Origin: a virus
Taxonomy: Duplodnaviria > Caudoviricetes
Virus record (IMG/VR): IMGVR_UViG_3300027819_000006
DNA length: 64,000 nucleotides
Reading direction: 5' to 3' (one strand)
The notes under the pieces were generated by a model, which did no database searches, was not told the DNA's origin, and was given only the letters and a program-made list of their open reading frames with translations. Position numbers and translations under genes: made by a program. Numbering within the stretch: position 1 is the stretch's first letter; each line of letters starts with the position of its first letter. Shown piece by piece: positions 21,301 through 31,922 of the stretch.

Positions 21301-23630
21301 TGCTGGATCAACTGCATCCATTACGAGATCAGCAAGCATGTCATTGCCAAACAGTTTCTTGGCTACAGCAGCGCCTTTTTGTCTTGCTGCCATTTCATGC
21401 TGTCTTCTAGCTACAGCTTCTTTTGCTTCTGAAACATTATTGCTACTTGTTTTTTTTGCAGGAACTCTTTCTGAAGGTTCATCATCTTCAAGTTCATCAT
21501 TTTCATATAATGATCTGACTTTCTTACTTCTACTGATAACAGATTCATAGACTAAATCTTTGACTGTAGCTTGGACTTCTTCTTTGATAATTTTTTTTAT
21601 TCTTGGTAACAGAAGTTTTGCTACTTCCAATGCTATATTTTTTGATAATTGTTCTGTACTAACTTTCATGTTTATCCTATATTAGTATATCTTCTAATGT
21701 TTTCTTCATATCTTGCAACTTATGAAATATATTTATAGCTTTATTATTGTCATTTTCTGCCATTTCTATCATTTTATCTTTGAATTTAGATTCATTTTCC
21801 ATAATTATCGAATGCAAATCTTCTATAGCTTTTATATATTGCTTTGCAAAATGATTCATTTCAAGCAGTTGTCTAAGTTTCATTATTTATGCTCTATATA
21901 TTTGTAAATGCTGAATCTATAGCTGCCAATAATGACTGCTATACTTCTAATTTTACTACATCTTTATCAGTTATTCTAGAAATAGCTCCTTTATATTTAT
22001 TAATTAGAGAAACTACTGACTTGCTAGTTGCTGCATATAAAGTTTCTAAATCTGTTGGAAAATTATTTTTAAATGTTTCATCTTGCGATTTAGCCAATTC
22101 TGTTGCAAAACTTTGCTGAATCTTTGTACCGGTAGTAACTATTTTTTGTGCAGCAATTTTGACAGCAGATGTACCAACTTTCTGTCCAAGTCTTCCAATA
22201 GCTTTTAAATAATCCATTGGACCTTCTTGAAGCTGATCTTGCAACTCTTTTCTTACAACCTTTCTTAATTCTTGTTCAGTTATAGTTTTCTTCATCTCTT
22301 TTTAGCTCCAATTATTTGCATGTTTTTTGCTTCGTGTTCCATGTCTCTAAGATTCTTGATCAGAATGTTAGAGTTCTCTTTATTTTTCAGCATTAAATTT
22401 GTTATAGTTTTATCTATTCTTCTCTTGCTTGAATCAAAAGTAGTTTTATCACATCTCATAATCATTCTAAAAACTTCTTTTATGTCGTTGTTTATAATGT
22501 TGTAGTTGTTGATGATTATATCTATAAGCTGATCAGTTGTTTTCATGTTTTTCTATAAAGTTTTTCACTGCATAAATATCATTTACGTCACCATCTTCAA
22601 TTGCTGAATTCAGTTCATTTGATAGCTCTCTAGACGTTTCTGATTCTCCGAATTTATTAAATATTAAGTCTATTCCCTGTTTCATCAAGTCTTTCTTCTG
22701 CTCATCTTCATAGTAGTCATTAGGGTCCGCTTTCCAATTAGATATACCAGTTACTTGCAAGTATCCAGATGTATTCCATGTAGAGAAAGTTGGAGTATCT
22801 TCTTTGAGCAAAAGTTTTATGACTTGTCTAAGCAGCATCTTCTTGTTTCTCCAAATCTATATTTATGTATTTCTTAGAAATTGCAATCACTTTCTTCAAG
22901 TCTCTAAAACTCTCTACTCCATCAAAAACCATGTTGCCTCTGTCTACAGGCTTCTTCTCATTCTTAAATTTAATTAGTGCCCATGCATATACATGTTTAT
23001 ATTTTGCTACTTGAAATTCATATCTGATCATAGAATCTTCTGAATACCATTTCCATAACATGATACCAGGATGCTGTTCAGTGTTTAAGTTAGTCATTTT
23101 ACTGCCAGCAGCATGTAGAAGTCTGTATTCTTCTTTTGTGAACATGAGCTGATGGCCAAATTTAGCATCTATAACTTTGAAGTAGAGAATTTGTCCAGAT
23201 AATATAGCTGAAGATAGTTTTAATTCATTGACAAAATACAGGATTTTTAGTTTCATTTCTTTTTTGGCTCCATAATTTCGTACACTGCTACATTTCCTGA
23301 TTTTAATATTTCTGCATCTAGTGGCATTGTTTCTTTTTCTGTGGGATCATTTAAGTCCCAGTATTGAAGCATGGGTTGACCTTTGACATTCACAAACCCT
23401 AGAGCTCTGATTTCATAGTAGTAGCCGCCTTTCTTGGGATTTTGTACAATTAAATAGTTGAGATCTTTGGCAATGTGATAGACAGAGTGGATACGTTTGA
23501 GACGAGATTTGTTGATATGGATGTCGTAGGATGAGATCCACGAAGAAGCGTCGTCATAAGCAATTTCAGATAAATTTGTAGGTAAAAGAGATTTTAAAGT
23601 AGTCATCATTAATTTTATATTATTCTCCAA
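18311..23630 (-). other. Array of small head-module ORFs, most with the shared N-terminal leader
   Basis: 18311-18569, 18574-19101, 19297-19752, 19764-20180, 20182-20838, 20835-21146, 21157-21669, 21677-21883, 21939-22295, 22292-22546, 22533-22838, 22828-23256, 23253-23630. Confidence 0.75.
19098..19286 (-). CDS. rpsU: Ribosomal protein bS21 homolog
   Basis: 62 aa, NESAEGLLKRFKRQM...EIRKSDFYLTKSQKRRLKRRRR, matching the bS21 pattern. Confidence 0.85.
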   Translation of the reverse strand: MSLYIKAYDNESAEGLLKRFKRQMKFEGRMQEIRKSDFYLTKSQKRRLKRRRRKTSDGRELM

Positions 23631-24563
23631 GAAAAATCAACTTCATCTTGCCAGATACGGACAATTCTGTAGCCCAAATCTTTGGCAATATCATTTTTAT
23701 GTTCATCACATTTAATTCTCATTTCTGCATTAGGAGGGTGTTTTCTTCCAGGTTTACAATGCCAATAGACCCCATCAACTTCCACCAATATGTTAAAATC
23801 TGGCAAATAGAAATCATAATATCTGTTCTCTTCGGGGTAGACTGATCTTAAATTGCTTCTGATATCTTATATTGCTGTCAATGAAATGTTGCTCTACTTG
23901 TTTTTCGCATGTAGTTTCTTTGAATATTTTAACATTTTTGCCAAACATTGGATTGCCAGAACCTTTTCGAGCTTCAGACATTCTAGCTATTCTTTCATCT
24001 GTTTCTTTTGTCAATCCATTATTCCACGATTTAGTTTTTCCAGATGCTAAATTTTCTTTTCTGGTTTTTATTGATTTATCTATAGAATTTTTTAATTTGG
24101 GACTAGTTTCGACAGTCAATCCAGTTTGCCAAGGTTTATTACCTTTTGGAAATCTATAATTTATTCCATTTTCATTATTGTATTTTAAAGAACATGGATG
24201 ACCACAAAATTTATGACATTTATTGTTTTTGATATTTGCAACATTCTCAAACCAATTATTACAATTTAAACATTTAGTGTAGCATTCAAACCATCTTTTA
24301 GCTTTACTAGGTTTTCCTCTTAAAGTATAAGATGTTGAGCAACTAGAAGAGCAACACTTACTATAATTTCCGTTAATATGTATAGTATTATCAAACCATT
24401 TATTACAATTCAAGCATTTTGTAGAGCAGTAAAAACTTTTATTTTTTGTGGGATAATATGGAAACATTTCTTTATATTGTTCATTTGTTATCTGGTGTTT
24501 ATCTCTTAAATGACTATTAGTTAGCGATTTAAATTCTTTTCTACATATAGCACATTCTATCAT
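23615..24563 (-). mobile_element. Zn-finger/NUMOD3 + Vsr-like (DUF559) homing-type endonuclease split by a +1 frameshift
   Basis: Frame 0 ends KQFKISLPRREQIL*. The +1 frame from the CCCC run (23834-23837) reads PEENRYYDFYLPDFNILVEVDGVYWH...DEHKNDIAKDLGYRIVRIW. Confidence 0.8.
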
Positions 24564-24572
24564 TTTATTTCT

Positions 24573-24643
24573 CCTGTTAGATTTTTAAGGGAGTCAGATT
24601 AAACAGGTAATCTGATTAAGAGGTAATTAGTCTCAGCTCCCTT
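24573..24643 (-). ncRNA. Structured cis-regulatory RNA (three-way junction + RBS pseudoknot), copy 1
   Basis: AAGGGAG/CTCCCTT stem, ATTA-CCTCT-TAAT and CAGATTA-CCTGTT-TAATCTG; the loop is complementary to AACAGG at the RBS. Confidence 0.7.
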
Positions 24644-24649
24644 GTTTAT

Positions 24650-25264
24650 TTATTTTAAGTTCAGTATTTCATTTAGAATTTCGTCTAGTAAGATTAGACG
24701 ATTTGATTCTGTAAGTATTCTATAATCTTTTGATTCTCTTAAATTCATAAATGCTCCAGATGTTGATGGATTTCCTACTGCATCAAATGCTATTAAGCTT
24801 AAAGATTCATCAACAACATCAATACCATTAGAATTTCTTTTTGTTTCTCCAAGACATCTACTAGATATTCCCAATTTTATGTTTCTTTCTACTAATTTAG
24901 CCAATATATTTCCTTTGGGAGTATCTAATACTTCTAATTCTCCATATAAATTGTCGCCTTCCCAGAATGTCTTTGTAAATAAATGCGAAACATTCTGCAA
25001 TTCTACACAAGAACTAGAGGGATGATCAAGTTCTCCTAAAGCTCGTCTGTCCTTGATCAACTCCTGATATTTCTTATCCTCCCGTTCCAAGATGCTGCGA
25101 GGATATAGACGCCCATTAGCATTTACTTTATTGGCTATTTGAATAATCCCTTCCATCTTTAAAATCCCATCAGAACTAGTTGAAGGGTGTATGTCGCCAT
25201 GTTCAAATAACATGAACTCTCTCAATAGCTTTCTACTATCTGCTGTATTTTTTTTATCTTCCAT
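24650..25264 (-). CDS. Prohead maturation protease (T4 gp21 family)
   Basis: NANGRLYPRSIL, ALGELDHP, LGISSRCLG and FDAVGNPSTSGA. Confidence 0.93.
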   Translation of the reverse strand: MEDKKNTADSRKLLREFMLFEHGDIHPSTSSDGILKMEGIIQIANKVNANGRLYPRSILEREDKKYQELIKDRRALGELDHPSSSCVELQNVSHLFTKTFWEGDNLYGELEVLDTPKGNILAKLVERNIKLGISSRCLGETKRNSNGIDVVDESLSLIAFDAVGNPSTSGAFMNLRESKDYRILTESNRLILLDEILNEILNLK

Positions 25265-25282
25265 ATATTATTCTCCTTTTTC

Positions 25283-26987
25283 TTAATGTAATGTCTTTGC
25301 AACATTTTCAAATTCCTCTATTGCCAGTGCTAACTGATTATTTGCTTCACTCATATGACCAGTAGCTTTTAAAGTAGCATCTTTTCCTTTTTCTGTTGCT
25401 TGCCACATGAGAAATTTGATTTCTTTTAAATGCTTGTTCAGTTCTCTGATATAGTGATTGCAGTCATCTTTTGTAAATGGTATAGGATTGCTGAACATTA
25501 TAGCTTCTTTGATAAGCTTTCTAAGTTCCGATTTAGTTATTTTCATTGTATTATATCTCATTTCACCACATGTATATTATAGCTTGTCTTTTCATTTACA
25601 TCTATGACTAAATCATACATCTTACTTTTATCATTTGCATCGGTAAGATGAGCAGTAATTATTATTTGCTGAGGACCTTGATAGTTAAGTGTGAAATCTC
25701 CATTTGTTACCATTTTGCCAAGATCTTCTACTTTTATAGATTTCCATGTATGCTGAGACTTTTCTTTTGCTTTGCTTTTATCTGCTTGTTTGAGCTCAGC
25801 TTCTACAAGCTGTCGTATTTGTTTTCTAGTTATTGTCATCTTATTCTCGCCATTACATTTTGCAAATGTTTCAAATCTTGATTTATTAAATCTATATTTA
25901 CAAAATTAAATTTAGTTCTATGTTTTATTTTCAGCAATTCATGCTCAGCATTCATCAAATCATTATGAGCTGTTTCTAATATTTTCTCATCTGCAAAATT
26001 ATCTTCTTCATTTAATATATTCTTCAATGTCATATCTTTGTTCTCCAAATAATTCCAACCTCTTGGCTCTGATTTACTTCTTCCTACAGCATTCTGTGCA
26101 GCTTTTTGTTTGCTTCTTCGAACTACATTTGGGTCTTTTCTGACATCATATATTCCAAGAGGCAGAGCAAAACCAGCAACATTGCCAGTTACAGAAGTTT
26201 CTTTTTTGAGTTTTTTCTTCTTGCGTTTCTTTTTATCAGGTGTTTTCATTATTTTGGCAGCACATCTTTACCATAAGCATTCGATCCATCTTTTTTGGCA
26301 TTATATGTGTCTGCTCCACCAAGCAATGGATTTCGATTTGCATTCTGTCCAGGTGACAGAGTTGTAATCCCCTCTAAAATTAAGCCTGATGATCTAAATC
26401 TATTATACAGAGCTATATGCTCTCCTTGATCATTTTTGTCTCCAAGATATAGATCTTTGTCATAAGCTACTTCTGGAGTCCATACATCTATAAGTTGTGT
26501 TAGAGCCATTTTGTCGTCTAATTTTTCTGTTTTGCTTGGTGTCTTGTCTGTTACTTTGTGAAATGGTTTATTTACAGTTATATCATTGAGCACATTTATT
26601 CCGTCTGCTACACCATTGGCATCAGAATTTCTGTCTGCAAATACTTTTCCTTGCTGATCTATGATTGCTGGCATTTTTATACTCCTATTTTAATTCGCCA
26701 ATAATTTCGTCTATCAAATCTATAACTTCATTCATTTTTTCTTCTATAGAGCCTGCTAATTTGGTAATTTTTCTTTTATCAATGTGTTCTACATTGTTCA
26801 ATACATTGTCTAGAGCTTGTTCTAAATCTGCAGGACCAAAAGAATCTTCAAATTGCTGTTTGAGTTTTTGTATTTTATCTTTTGCTTCAGAAATATGTTT
26901 AGTATTAGCTCTTCTATCATCCATAGACAGAGCTGGTTTCATAGCTTCTTGTATCATCTGTTTAAGTTGTGTTCTAGTTATTTTCAT
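25283..26987 (-). other. Small head-module ORFs (25283-25546, 25558-25839, 25836-26249, 26249-26674, 26685-26987)
   Basis: Leaders MKITKSELRKLIKEA, MTITRKQIRQLVEAE and MKITRTQLKQMIQEA; internal MTLKNILNEE. Confidence 0.75.
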
Positions 26988-26998
26988 TCTATTGTTCT

Positions 26999-27868
26999 CT
27001 AAAATAATTTTAAGTTTTCTTTAAGCTCAATAGCTTTCATAACAACATAGATGTTATCTTCAGTCAATTCTTCTTTCAAGACATTTTTCAGCTTCTGTTC
27101 AGTCATTTCTAGTTTGTCATAGACTGTATCATCTTCTACAAATTCTTTCTTTGATTCGATCTCAACAAGAATCTTTTCTACTTTCTTTTCTAGCCATCTC
27201 TTATATAACTTGTCTGAAGCTGTAGTCAAGTATTTTTCCAAACACTCATTCTGCTCTTTCAGTAAAGTATTTGAATACTGTTTGCTAAATTCATCATAAG
27301 CAAGTACTAAAGCTAAATTATTAGTAGATAACTTTTCTTCATTGTGTTCCATACTATTTAAGTATTCTGCATCTTTCAGAACTTTGACATTTTCTCTGTT
27401 TTCTAGTAAATGCTTGACAATAGTTCTTTCACAATTTAGCTTGTCAATCTGTGTCAATGATACTTTCTTCAGCTTTTCATCTACTAGAGTCTTAAAGCTT
27501 GCAAATAATAGATAATTGTCTACTTTCTCTTTGATAAGTTTCTTATGATCAGTTACTCTGTCAATTCTATTGATCATTCTATCTATTTCTGTATTCACTT
27601 TTGAATAATCTATTTTAGCAGCTTCATCTATCAAGCTGTTGGCATAATTCATTGCTTGATTCTCACCAGCAGCATTACCATATAATACTTGAGAATATAG
27701 TTTCCAAGTTTTAGAAATCTCAGTATTATTTAAATAATGTTCTTTTATAACTCGAAGCAATCTTGAGCTGATATCATTATTGCTGCTGTTGTTCAAATTA
27801 TGAGTTATAGTACTATTCAAAGTTTCAAATAGGACTCCAACATTTCTTAGTTTGTTATGTTTTACCAT
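26999..27868 (-). CDS. Conserved head-module protein between portal and protease
   Basis: MVKHNKLRNVGVLFETL N-terminus, helical, syntenic position. Confidence 0.6.
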   Translation of the reverse strand: MVKHNKLRNVGVLFETLNSTITHNLNNSSNNDISSRLLRVIKEHYLNNTEISKTWKLYSQVLYGNAAGENQAMNYANSLIDEAAKIDYSKVNTEIDRMINRIDRVTDHKKLIKEKVDNYLLFASFKTLVDEKLKKVSLTQIDKLNCERTIVKHLLENRENVKVLKDAEYLNSMEHNEEKLSTNNLALVLAYDEFSKQYSNTLLKEQNECLEKYLTTASDKLYKRWLEKKVEKILVEIESKKEFVEDDTVYDKLEMTEQKLKNVLKEELTEDNIYVVMKAIELKENLKLF

Positions 27869-27888
27869 GTCTTTTTCTCTTTTGTTAG

Positions 27889-30800
27889 TTATAATTTAAT
27901 TTCTGTTGATGCTGCTAAAATTTGTTTCACTGCCATTGGACCATCAGTACCCTCATATTCATCTACAGACTTACTACCATCAGCATTCTCAGCATTTGCA
28001 AAGTCTTTCAAACCCTCAATAATATTTTTAGTGAATCTATCATGTTGCATTACATCAGTGATATAGCGGTCAAATACATCAGTCTTCTTTCTATTCTTAA
28101 TTATATCTCTTGCTTTTGCTCTTTTTCTAGATATTATTTCTGAGTTAGAAGTTTTTGCTTTTGACAATCCTACATTAGATTCTTTCTTTTTGCCTACAGA
28201 TCTAACACCTGGAGTTCCTTTTGTACCAGCAGGATCAGCAACTTTCATTGGATTCTTGTCTGTATCTGTGAATGTTTCTCCGTCCTTCTTTTTAGGCTTG
28301 CCTCTAGTAGATTCTTTGTCAGAATCTTCATCTTCAGTAGGTTTTTCTTTATTTTCATCTGAAAAATCTGGCATGTCTGAATCTGCAGATTCTCCATCTT
28401 TCCCTTCAGCACCAGAATCATCAGCAGGTTCTTCTGTCTGCTCTTCTTCTTCTAGTTTGCCATTCTGTTCAATCTGTCCAAGCTCCCATTTCTTCTTAGC
28501 GTCAAGTCTTAACTGCTCATTGATCTCTTCGATTTCATCATCTGTTAGACCAAGTACATGTTTCTGTGTATAAGGTTCGGAAACAAGATGAGAATCACCC
28601 ATTCTAGTAGATATATCAAATCTCTTCTCTACTAGTTCAAGATGCATAAGATCCATCACAGTAGAGGGGTTGGTCAGTTTAAGCTCGAAGTTATAAATAT
28701 CATCTTCATCAAAACCTTTTAAAAATAGATGGATTAGACCAATTTTAGATAGTTCAGATATAACAGCTTTTTGTACACGCTGAATTGTGCGAGCGAATCT
28801 AATGTCTTCTTGAGAATTTGCGATAAAAATTCCAGCATCTATAGCAAAATTATGGAATTCATTATCAACAGTTATACATCCAACATCTACAGTATAGGGC
28901 AATAACTTTACTATTTTAATTTTCCAACTAGATAATTCATATGTTTCAAAATTTATTGGATTAAAATCTATAAATCCTTTTACTGGTTCTGATAAATCAT
29001 AATCTTCTAATTTTATTTTTTTACCTTCAAAAGTAACTAACTCGTGATTTTTAGTACAATCTAAATATTTACCATTTTCGAAGTGAACTCTATATATAGT
29101 AGCATTTCTTTGAGTAATACCTGCCCATTTTATTAGGGATGAAATAATTCTATTTTTATTAGAATCATAAGATATAATTGTATCTTTTAATTCATTTTTA
29201 TTGAATAAGTCAATAATTTCTTTTAGGGTTTTAGTTTTACTATGAGCTAAAACAATTTTAGTATTTAAATCTATACATAGAGTCTGCTTGCCACCTAAAG
29301 ATTCCATATTTTGAAGATAAGCTTTAGGTACTCCGAGCGAAGTAAAGAGCTGGTTCTGGATAAACTCGACATCCGCAATCGCGTCTTGATTTGTCCCTCC
29401 TGGAAGTTGTTCTATAGAAGAACCTCTATCTCCACGAATTGGGATGTAGAAATTTTCTAGAATGGAATTCTTAATTATTATTCCGCTTTCATTTCCAGTA
29501 ATATGTTCATAACAATCTCTACTACCTATAGTTGCAAAATTTCCATATTTTTCTACTGTTATACAACCTACATCTTGTTTTTCTTCTAATAATTCAATTC
29601 TGGTTACTTTGTGATTTAATATTCTATTACCTCTTATAGTATCTATATTACAATCAGTTTTTATTTTAAGAAACTCCGGATATTTATGAGATAGAGTTTT
29701 TATTAATAATTTTATAGTTGTATTATTCAAATCAAATTTTCTTTCAATTTGTCGAAAAGTTATAATATCTTTTTTACTACAATAATTAACTATTTTATTT
29801 ATATCTATTTTATTTTTTAAGAGCCAAATAGATTTGTATTCTGTAAATCCAGAATATCCTAAAGTTTTAAATAGACTACTAAATCTTCCTCTACCCAATT
29901 TATCTTTAAAACCATTATTGAATGTAATATTTTTATCTATTAAATAATTTGTAAAATCTTTGTTTTCATTTATCTGTTTCATAGCTTCATGAGCTTTTAT
30001 ATTAACAGTAGAATTATCTAATATAGTATCAATAAATTTTATAAATATATTTTCATCTATAACTAATGACAGCAATTCACTTACATTTTTATAGTGTTTA
30101 TTTTTTTTATCTTTGTCATTCCAGTGATTAGTAAAATGATATAATTTTCCTTCTTTCCAACTTTTTGTCATTCTATTTTTAGAATTTTCTCTACCAATCT
30201 CTGATTTATTATATTCTAAAATTGCATCACCATGAAGTTTTTGATGATCGTGCCAACTCATTACTTGCAGATTGTCTGGATTATTGTTTCTTTTATTATT
30301 TTTGTCTTTTAGAAAATTTTTGTGATGAACAACTGCTCTTCTATTTTTTTCTACTTTGCAATAGTCATCTTGAAATAGTTTACCAGCAACAATTTTATGT
30401 GTATAATCAAATGCATTTGTATTTGGGTCATAAATCATTTCATATCCATTTGTAGATAAATTTTTATATAATGGCATCAAACTATCATTCTCTTTTAAGT
30501 GTTGAGCTTCAATATATTCTCCGATTCTTAATAAAAACTTATGATCTAAAGTTGTATCTATGTAAGTATTATTGTCTAAATGAATACGTATTATTTGCTC
30601 ATTTTTTCTTGTCATTTTAGCATTTATTACTCTTCCTGGAACTATAGCATTATTGTTTTCTCTATCTATCGAATAAACCCATTGATTTTTTTTGCCATTA
30701 TTTCTTTCATTTATTATTTCTTCTAAAGTAAGAGTTCTTCCATCTAATAATTGAACTAAGTTGTTTGCCAGTATACAAGTTGGATTGTATCTCATATCTA

Positions 30801-31617
30801 ACCCTCCAGTACTTTCTGTCACTAGCGGTGTCCTTAACATTTTGTCTCTTACATTGTTCATGTAAGAATCCACATCTTTTGGAGGAATATTTCCAACATC
30901 AACTTTAAACACTAATCTTTCTGGAGCTCTCGATATCCTATAAATTAACATTGCATCAATTGCAAGTATTAGCTGCTTCCAAGCTCTTCTACCAGAATCA
31001 AGAATTGATCTACCATAGGGCAAAAACCTGTCATCTCCAAGAAGTCTAAAATGAGCAATTTGATAAGGCTCGAATGCTTGGTTTGACTGAGTCATCCATC
31101 TAAATCTAACAGATGCAGGATCACCATCGTAGCCTTCTTCTCTCGACATTTCCAACAATGGTAAAGGAATGGCTCCTAAAACTCCATATTTATTTTCTAT
31201 ATCTAATAATGTAAAAACGTCTCCATATTTTACGAGGTTCCTGACCCACAACCATAAGTTAAAATCTATATCTAGTATGTCAAAGTATAATTCTTCTAAA
31301 GTCTTAACTATAGTTTCTTCTTCCGATCTAATATCTAGTATTTTACCTTCATAATTATATGTGGTCGAATCATCCGCATAAATATTACAAGCCGTACTAA
31401 TCTCTGGACTCTGATCCATCTGTTCATAGTCTCTTACTCTTTCAGTTCTTTCAGCTCCACCAGCCAATGCTTGCAAATACAGAGAACTAGCCGATTTTTG
31501 GAAACTGTCATACGGGCGTCTTCCACCCGCACGATTTGCAGGAGAGTCAGTTGGAATTTTTTCTGAAGCTCTCCTCCCGCGAAGTATGCGCTTGAGCAAG
31601 CTGATCTTATCGGCCAT
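27889..31617 (-). CDS. Portal protein (T4 gp20-like) with two inteins
   Basis: IAHFRL...PYGRSIL, DAMLIYRISRAPERLVFKVDVGNIP, ENFYIPIRG and EDIRFARTIQR. Confidence 0.93.
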   Translation of the reverse strand: MADKISLLKRILRGRRASEKIPTDSPANRAGGRRPYDSFQKSASSLYLQALAGGAERTERVRDYEQMDQSPEISTACNIYADDSTTYNYEGKILDIRSEEETIVKTLEELYFDILDIDFNLWLWVRNLVKYGDVFTLLDIENKYGVLGAIPLPLLEMSREEGYDGDPASVRFRWMTQSNQAFEPYQIAHFRLLGDDRFLPYGRSILDSGRRAWKQLILAIDAMLIYRISRAPERLVFKVDVGNIPPKDVDSYMNNVRDKMLRTPLVTESTGGLDMRYNPTCILANNLVQLLDGRTLTLEEIINERNNGKKNQWVYSIDRENNNAIVPGRVINAKMTRKNEQIIRIHLDNNTYIDTTLDHKFLLRIGEYIEAQHLKENDSLMPLYKNLSTNGYEMIYDPNTNAFDYTHKIVAGKLFQDDYCKVEKNRRAVVHHKNFLKDKNNKRNNNPDNLQVMSWHDHQKLHGDAILEYNKSEIGRENSKNRMTKSWKEGKLYHFTNHWNDKDKKNKHYKNVSELLSLVIDENIFIKFIDTILDNSTVNIKAHEAMKQINENKDFTNYLIDKNITFNNGFKDKLGRGRFSSLFKTLGYSGFTEYKSIWLLKNKIDINKIVNYCSKKDIITFRQIERKFDLNNTTIKLLIKTLSHKYPEFLKIKTDCNIDTIRGNRILNHKVTRIELLEEKQDVGCITVEKYGNFATIGSRDCYEHITGNESGIIIKNSILENFYIPIRGDRGSSIEQLPGGTNQDAIADVEFIQNQLFTSLGVPKAYLQNMESLGGKQTLCIDLNTKIVLAHSKTKTLKEIIDLFNKNELKDTIISYDSNKNRIISSLIKWAGITQRNATIYRVHFENGKYLDCTKNHELVTFEGKKIKLEDYDLSEPVKGFIDFNPINFETYELSSWKIKIVKLLPYTVDVGCITVDNEFHNFAIDAGIFIANSQEDIRFARTIQRVQKAVISELSKIGLIHLFLKGFDEDDIYNFELKLTNPSTVMDLMHLELVEKRFDISTRMGDSHLVSEPYTQKHVLGLTDDEIEEINEQLRLDAKKKWELGQIEQNGKLEEEEQTEEPADDSGAEGKDGESADSDMPDFSDENKEKPTEDEDSDKESTRGKPKKKDGETFTDTDKNPMKVADPAGTKGTPGVRSVGKKKESNVGLSKAKTSNSEIISRKRAKARDIIKNRKKTDVFDRYITDVMQHDRFTKNIIEGLKDFANAENADGSKSVDEYEGTDGPMAVKQILAASTEIKL
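28816..29277 (-). mobile_element. Intein 2, mini-intein (154 aa)
   Basis: KQTL|CIDLNTKI ... CTKNHEL ... HNFAIDAGIFIAN|SQED. Confidence 0.9.
29467..30777 (-). mobile_element. Intein 1 (437 aa) with an HNH endonuclease domain
   Basis: YNPT|CILANNLVQLLDG ... IIIKN|SILE; internal VVHHKN...NNNPDNLQVMSWHDHQKLH. Confidence 0.9.
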
Positions 31618-31682
31618 AATATTCTATTACCTCTGTTACAACTATTCTATTTCTATCTATCATCTATATTCTTTCTTTATAA

Positions 31683-31922
31683 TTATCTAAGTTTTAATAC
31701 TACTTCTATGACTAAATATATCAATACTGGTATCAGTCCGCCCATCAAACCCCAGATACCAGATTTAACTTTCAGTATTGCTACTTCTAATCTCAATTCA
31801 TTTATTCTTTTTTCAGCAGATTCTAACCAATCAGATAATCTCTCTAATTCAGATAACACCAACTTTTGATATTCACTCCATCCATTTATTGTAGTTTCTT
31901 TATTGCTATTGTTATGATTCAT
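31683..31922 (-). CDS. Small coiled-coil protein with C-terminal TM helix (holin/XhlA-like)
   Basis: LVLSELERL...LKVKSGIWGLMGGLIPVLIYLVI. Confidence 0.45.
   Translation of the reverse strand: MNHNNSNKETTINGWSEYQKLVLSELERLSDWLESAEKRINELRLEVAILKVKSGIWGLMGGLIPVLIYLVIEVVLKLR

Noticed and set aside
24587-24643. Hammerhead, pistol or HDV-like ribozyme identity for the endonuclease-leader RNA
   Set aside because: CTGAGA resembles CUGANGA, but there is no GAAA core, and the stem order does not match pistol or HDV topology; left unassigned.
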